Shown piece by piece: positions 60,601 to 64,000 of a stretch of 64,000 bases of DNA. Every line of letters begins with the position of its first letter. The stretch's first letter is position 1. Both the position numbers and the translations under genes were made by a program. The stretch spans positions 149,875 through 213,874 of the forward strand of contig CAWFAY010000014.1 in NCBI GenBank assembly GCA_963813905.1, in the 5' to 3' direction. Source of the DNA: an uncultured Acidobacteriaceae bacterium (GTDB taxonomy: Bacteria > Acidobacteriota > Terriglobia > Terriglobales > Acidobacteriaceae). The notes beneath the pieces were generated by a model. It searched no databases, was not told where the DNA came from, and was given only the letters and a program-made list of their open reading frames with translations.

Positions 60601-61088
60601 TGAAGCGGTACTCCACCCCCCTGGAGGCACGCTCTACCAATCCGACCGCGAGGTCTTCCACGCCTTCGCCGAAGCCGGCCGCAAACTCGCCTCCCTCCAC
60701 GTCAATTACGAATCCCAATCCGAATATCCGCTGGAGCGCGTCGAGAATCCCAAAGAAAAACTCAATTGGCGCGTGGATGAAGATGCGACTGAGCAAAGAC
60801 AAGGCCACGCTCGTCTACAACGACTTTCTTACCCTGAAGGGCATTCCGCCCGCGACCTACGAATATCGACTGGGCAATCGCTCCGCGCTGGAATGGGTGG
60901 TTGACCAATACCAGGTTTCGACCGACAAACGCAGCGGCATCGTTAACGACCCGAACCGCGCCGACGATCCCGAATACATCGTCCGTCTCATCGGGCAGGT
61001 AATCACCATCAGCCTCGAAACCATGAAGATTGTGAACGCCCTCCCGGCGTTCGTGATCGACACCGAGGCCGCAGCATCCCACGTTTGA
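57614..61088 (+). pseudogene. Large solitary N6-adenine DNA methyltransferase (gamma-class NPPY; type IIG / type ISP C-terminal-domain-like) with an in-frame repeat insertion and a frameshift near 60775-60781
   Basis: ILDPFVGTGNF (motif I) and VMGNPPYNA (motif IV). N-terminal VDGAML...HGFWEAKD is a D...ExK-like motif. The C-terminus ...KMRLSKDKATLVYNDFLTLKGIP...YRLGNRSALEWVVDQYQV continues in another frame after LNWRV. Confidence 0.8.
60280..60640 (+). repeat. Cluster of REP-like hairpins inserted in-frame inside the methyltransferase ORF
   Basis: ggccttcaggcc, gggcttcagccc, ggccttccggcc, gcgccgaaggcgc, ggggctcaagcccc, gggcctgaaggccc, gtaccgctgaagcggtac. They lie between the conserved RIPF and FHAFAEAGRKLA motifs and contain no stop codon in the ORF frame. 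Confidence 0.75.
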
Positions 61089-61359
61089 ATTCCCATTTCG
61101 GGAATGTCTACGACCTTCGTAACCCCGCCTCTTGGCTTTTCTCGTGCTTCGTAATTCAGCAACTCCTAAACTGTCTTCGAGGACACTGAAGAGGTGTGCC
61201 TGAGCCAGCCGCCGAGACGGCGTGGCAGTAAGTTCTTTGAAATCTCGAATTTGCCCGTAAGTCTAACGGACTCAGGAATTTGCGGCGAAAATCGCGCTAT
61301 ATCATTGAAAACAAGGATTCACGCAAACACTTTTTTACGGTTTCGCGCATTATCGGACG
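61089..61359 (+). repeat. Copy B of the dispersed repeat (partner 17476-17734, inverted)
   Basis: See 17476-17734. A diverged partial third copy lies at about 61575-61625 (tttcaaagattttacctctaagtctcacggactcaagattttgcgg). Confidence 0.8.
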
Positions 61360-61371
61360 TAAAGAGCAACT

Positions 61372-61394
61372 AGCAATTAGCAATTAGCAATTAG
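61372..61394. repeat. Heptanucleotide tandem repeat (AGCAATT) x3
   Basis: agcaattagcaattagcaattag. Confidence 0.9.
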
Positions 61395-61490
61395 TGAAAG
61401 GCCAAAAAGCTAAGAGGCAAAGCCAAGAGCTAAACGCCAATTGCCAGCCGCGCAATAGCAGATCCCCTCACCCGCCGCGGCGGACTCGTG

Positions 61491-61556
61491 ATGGCGAAGA
61501 GCGAAGAGCGAAGAGCGAGCGACGAGCGAATGGCGAATAGCGAATAGCGAAGAGCG
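61491..61556. repeat. Heptanucleotide-periodic tandem repeat (GCGAAGA / GCGAATA variants, about 9 units)
   Basis: atggcga agagcga agagcga agagcga gcgacga gcgaatg gcgaata gcgaata gcgaaga. Confidence 0.9.
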
Positions 61557-61720
61557 GCACTAACCCATTTGTTTCAAAGATTTTACCTCTAAGTCTCACG
61601 GACTCAAGATTTTGCGGAGATCTTTTTCTGGCACCCCAATGGAATCAAGATTTTACGAGCCGCGAGGGGGAGGGGGTCCTTTCAGTTGTAGTTGTCGGCT
61701 TCGAGTTTCAGGAGAACAGC

Positions 61721-61813
61721 GAGCTGGCGGCGAGGGCTGGCAGCTCTTGGCGAGTGGCTGGAGGCTGGAAGCTGGGGCGGCGGCTGGCGGCTGGCGACTG
61801 GAAGCTGGCGGCT
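61721..61813. repeat. Heptanucleotide-periodic GCTGG-rich repeat
   Basis: ...gtggctg gaggctg gaagctg gggcggc ggctggc ggctggc gactgga agctggc ggct. Confidence 0.8.
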
Positions 61814-61885
61814 AAAAGCGAACAGCAGCCAACGCAAGCGCAAAGGCGGACCCATCGGCGTTAGAATAAAGAAGACGGCGTTACC

Positions 61886-62980
61886 ATGCAGTTAACAGTC
61901 TTAGAACCCGAAACCCGCAACGCCCACGAAGCCCGCTGGTGGGAGCCGATGGCCGATGGCCGTCTGCATTGCTATCTCTGTCCGCGGCATTGCCACATTG
62001 GAGAAGGGCAGCACGGCTTCTGCTTCATCCGCAAGAACGAGCACGGACGGCTGGTGCAACTCGGCTATGGAAGGCCCGCGGCGATCGCCATGGATCCGGT
62101 CGAGAAGAAGCCACTGAACCATTTCTTCCCCGGAACCAAGATCCTGTCGATGGGCACGGCCGGCTGCAACATGGGCTGCTTCTTCTGCCAGAACTGGGAC
62201 ATCTCGAAGGCCAAGTCCGACCAGGTGAACTCGCTGGAACTCAGCCCCGATCGCGTGGTCGATGTCGCGCTGCAACATCATGCTCCGCACCTCGCGTTCA
62301 CCTACAACGAGCCGACGATCTGGGGCGAGTACGTTATCGACATCGCGCGCGAGGCACACGACGCCGGCCTGAACACGGTCATGGTGTCGAACGGATACAT
62401 CACGCGCGAAGCCTTCTTCGACGTCTACCGTTACATCGATGCCGCGAACATCGACCTGAAAGCGTTCACCGAGAACTTCTACGCCAAGATCACACTCACG
62501 CATTTGCAGCCGGTGCTCGATACGCTGAAGTGGCTGCGTCACGAGACTGGCGTGTGGTTCGAGCTGACCAACCTCATCATTCCGACGCTGAACGACGGAG
62601 ATTCGGAATTCAAAGAGCTGTGCGACTGGGTGCTGGAGAATCTGGGCGACGATGTTCCGCTGCACTTCACGGCGTTCCATCCTGACTTCAAGCTGACCGA
62701 CAAGCCTGCGACTCCGCCGGAGACGCTGCACCGCGCGCGCCGCCTCGCCATGCAGATGGGACTGAAGTATGTGTACGAGGGCAACATCTTCTCCGATGGC
62801 GGAAACACCATCTGCCCGGGATGCAAGCAAGTGGTCATCACGCGCTCATGGCACTCGGTGATGTCGAATCGACTGAAGAACGGCTGCTGCACCAATTGCG
62901 GCACGCGCATCGCAGGCGTGTTCACGAATGCCGAGGCGGAGAAGCGGAGAGAGTGGGCTGGCGTCAAGACTGGCAACTGA
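61886..62980 (+). CDS. AmmeMemoRadiSam-system-type radical SAM enzyme (PflA-like activase fold)
   Basis: 364 aa. N-terminal CYLCPRHCHI..G..GFC, the CNMGCFFCQNW (CxxxCxxC) cluster, and C-terminal CPGCKQ...CTNCG are as I recall for this family. Confidence 0.75.
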   Translation: MQLTVLEPETRNAHEARWWEPMADGRLHCYLCPRHCHIGEGQHGFCFIRKNEHGRLVQLGYGRPAAIAMDPVEKKPLNHFFPGTKILSMGTAGCNMGCFFCQNWDISKAKSDQVNSLELSPDRVVDVALQHHAPHLAFTYNEPTIWGEYVIDIAREAHDAGLNTVMVSNGYITREAFFDVYRYIDAANIDLKAFTENFYAKITLTHLQPVLDTLKWLRHETGVWFELTNLIIPTLNDGDSEFKELCDWVLENLGDDVPLHFTAFHPDFKLTDKPATPPETLHRARRLAMQMGLKYVYEGNIFSDGGNTICPGCKQVVITRSWHSVMSNRLKNGCCTNCGTRIAGVFTNAEAEKRREWAGVKTGN

Positions 62981-63355
62981 CTACTCCCGTCGTCGCATCT
63001 ATGCCGAAGTCATACGGAGGCCATCCCAATGCCGCAGCACCGCCAAGACCGCGACGAAGATTCCGGCAAAGGCGCAGTGGAGCAGGACCGCCCAGACCAA
63101 CCGACCAACGTGTCGATGACGGGGCAGAGCGGCCATCGCGATCAGGATCCGCTGCTGAAGTCGAGCGACAGCGATTTCCCCGAGGCCGGGACAGAACGAA
63201 GAGCACAGCGGCGAGCCACATGGACACAACCAGCTCGCCGATGACAGCGGCTGCAATCCCGCGCGCAGTGCGCCAGATCAAGGCCCCAGCGTTCCCCCAA
63301 AGAAGAGTCAGAACGAGTAGCGGCGAACCCGGCTCTGCGTGACGGGTGGATCGAG

Positions 63356-64000
63356 CTAGTCCTCGCCGTGACTTTTGAACGTCTGCAGCGAGAACTGAAA
63401 ACCTTCGGGGTCCACTCGCACCGGTCCCTGATACGGTTGATCGATATTCGCAATCGCCACCAGCACCAGCGAGATCAGGAAGCTGAGCACCACGACCTGG
63501 AGAACGTGGAAGCGGAAGTTGGGTACGCCGAAGAAGCAGGATGCCGCGACGGTAATGATTCCGCCTGAGATCAGCACGGCCCACAGAATCGCCGGCAGCC
63601 CTTCGCGGCTTTGCGTGATACGAATGCGCCGGTACTCGGTAAGCATGCGCAACTCTTCCATGAGCTGATATGCCCCGATGGAGTCGGCGCCGGAATGTGC
63701 CTGGCTTTGCCCAGCCAGACGCCAAAGCTGGTTAATCAAGTCTCCGGCTTCGGGTGGCAAAGGGGAGCGGTTCGCCATCGCCGGCCACTCCTTGTCGACC
63801 GCGAACTGGGCATACTTCAGGCATACTGCCTGAATGTCTTTTGCATAGGGAGAATTCAGTTCGCCGGCAATGCGCCAGACATTTACCAGGGCATTGGCCT
63901 CTTGTTCTTCGTTGGTTTCCGCCTGCTGCGCCATGTTCCAAACGCCACTCAGCATGAAGGCAAGAATGACCGCGTAGGTGGTGCCGATTACTGCGACAAC
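63356..64000 (-). CDS. DUF4239-like membrane protein, 5' end outside the window
   Basis: The ORF is open to the window edge (...VVAVIGTTYAVILAFMLSGVWNMAQQ...). There are C-terminal TM helices. The family call is from memory and is tentative. Confidence 0.5.
   Translation of the reverse strand, partial: VVAVIGTTYAVILAFMLSGVWNMAQQAETNEEQEANALVNVWRIAGELNSPYAKDIQAVCLKYAQFAVDKEWPAMANRSPLPPEAGDLINQLWRLAGQSQAHSGADSIGAYQLMEELRMLTEYRRIRITQSREGLPAILWAVLISGGIITVAASCFFGVPNFRFHVLQVVVLSFLISLVLVAIANIDQPYQGPVRVDPEGFQFSLQTFKSHGED

Noticed and set aside
62964-63725. A 253-aa minus-strand ORF, and shorter ORFs at 62999-63342, which might encode a small membrane protein downstream of the DUF4239-like gene.
   Set aside because: The long ORF overlaps the better-supported 63356-64000 gene in another frame. 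Hydrophobic stretches are split between two frames (SPLLVLTLLWGNAGALIW... and ...LVWAVLLHCAFAGIFVAVLAVL). This could be yet another frameshifted small gene, but I cannot define it confidently.

Overview
High-GC (about 60% by eye) chromosomal window. Gene content and the dense hairpin-repeat families suggest an Acidobacteriota-like soil bacterium, but that is inference and cannot be confirmed without a search.

Layout by coordinate:
- 0.3-5.8 kb: glycolipid/sulfolipid-type cluster (SqdB-like SDR, GT2/21-like, GT4, hexapeptide acyltransferase). A complete IS630-family element sits in it.
- 6.5-10.4 kb: membrane HAMP-PP2C phosphatase and a two-component pair.
- 10.6-16.1 kb: porin-like OMP, TPR protein, oligopeptidase B.
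- 16.4-17.4 kb: lower-GC orphan gene.
- 17.9-20.1 kb: mosaic secreted protein (collagen-like triplets, two CBM5/12-like modules, seven-bladed propeller).
- 21-35 kb: housekeeping and accessory genes (PEGA, YdeI-like, S58 peptidase, MFS, acyl-CoA synthetase, CPBP, YciI, ptb-buk, MBL-rhodanese, DHH).
- 35.3-38.3 kb: monocistronic 779-aa orphan protein behind a near-consensus promoter and a roughly 580-nt leader.
- 38.4-42.4 kb: DUF1360-like gene, S41 peptidase, tatA and tatC.
- 42.6-56.5 kb: six tandem paralogous secreted proteins with seven Gloeo_Verruco-type (GloVer) repeats each, interrupted by a two-gene GH16-like operon. Relics of the tatC 3' end lie in three inter-paralog spacers.
- 56.5-57.6 kb: repeat field.
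- 57.6-61.1 kb: large solitary NPPY DNA methyltransferase carrying an in-frame hairpin-repeat insertion.
- 61.1-61.9 kb: heptanucleotide tandem repeats.
- 61.9-64.0 kb: AmmeMemoRadiSam-type radical SAM gene and a partial DUF4239-like gene.

About ten otherwise conserved genes, including tatC and the S41 peptidase, are broken by single-base frame disruptions. This points to assembly indel errors or to unusually heavy pseudogenisation. No rRNA, tRNA or CRISPR array was seen.
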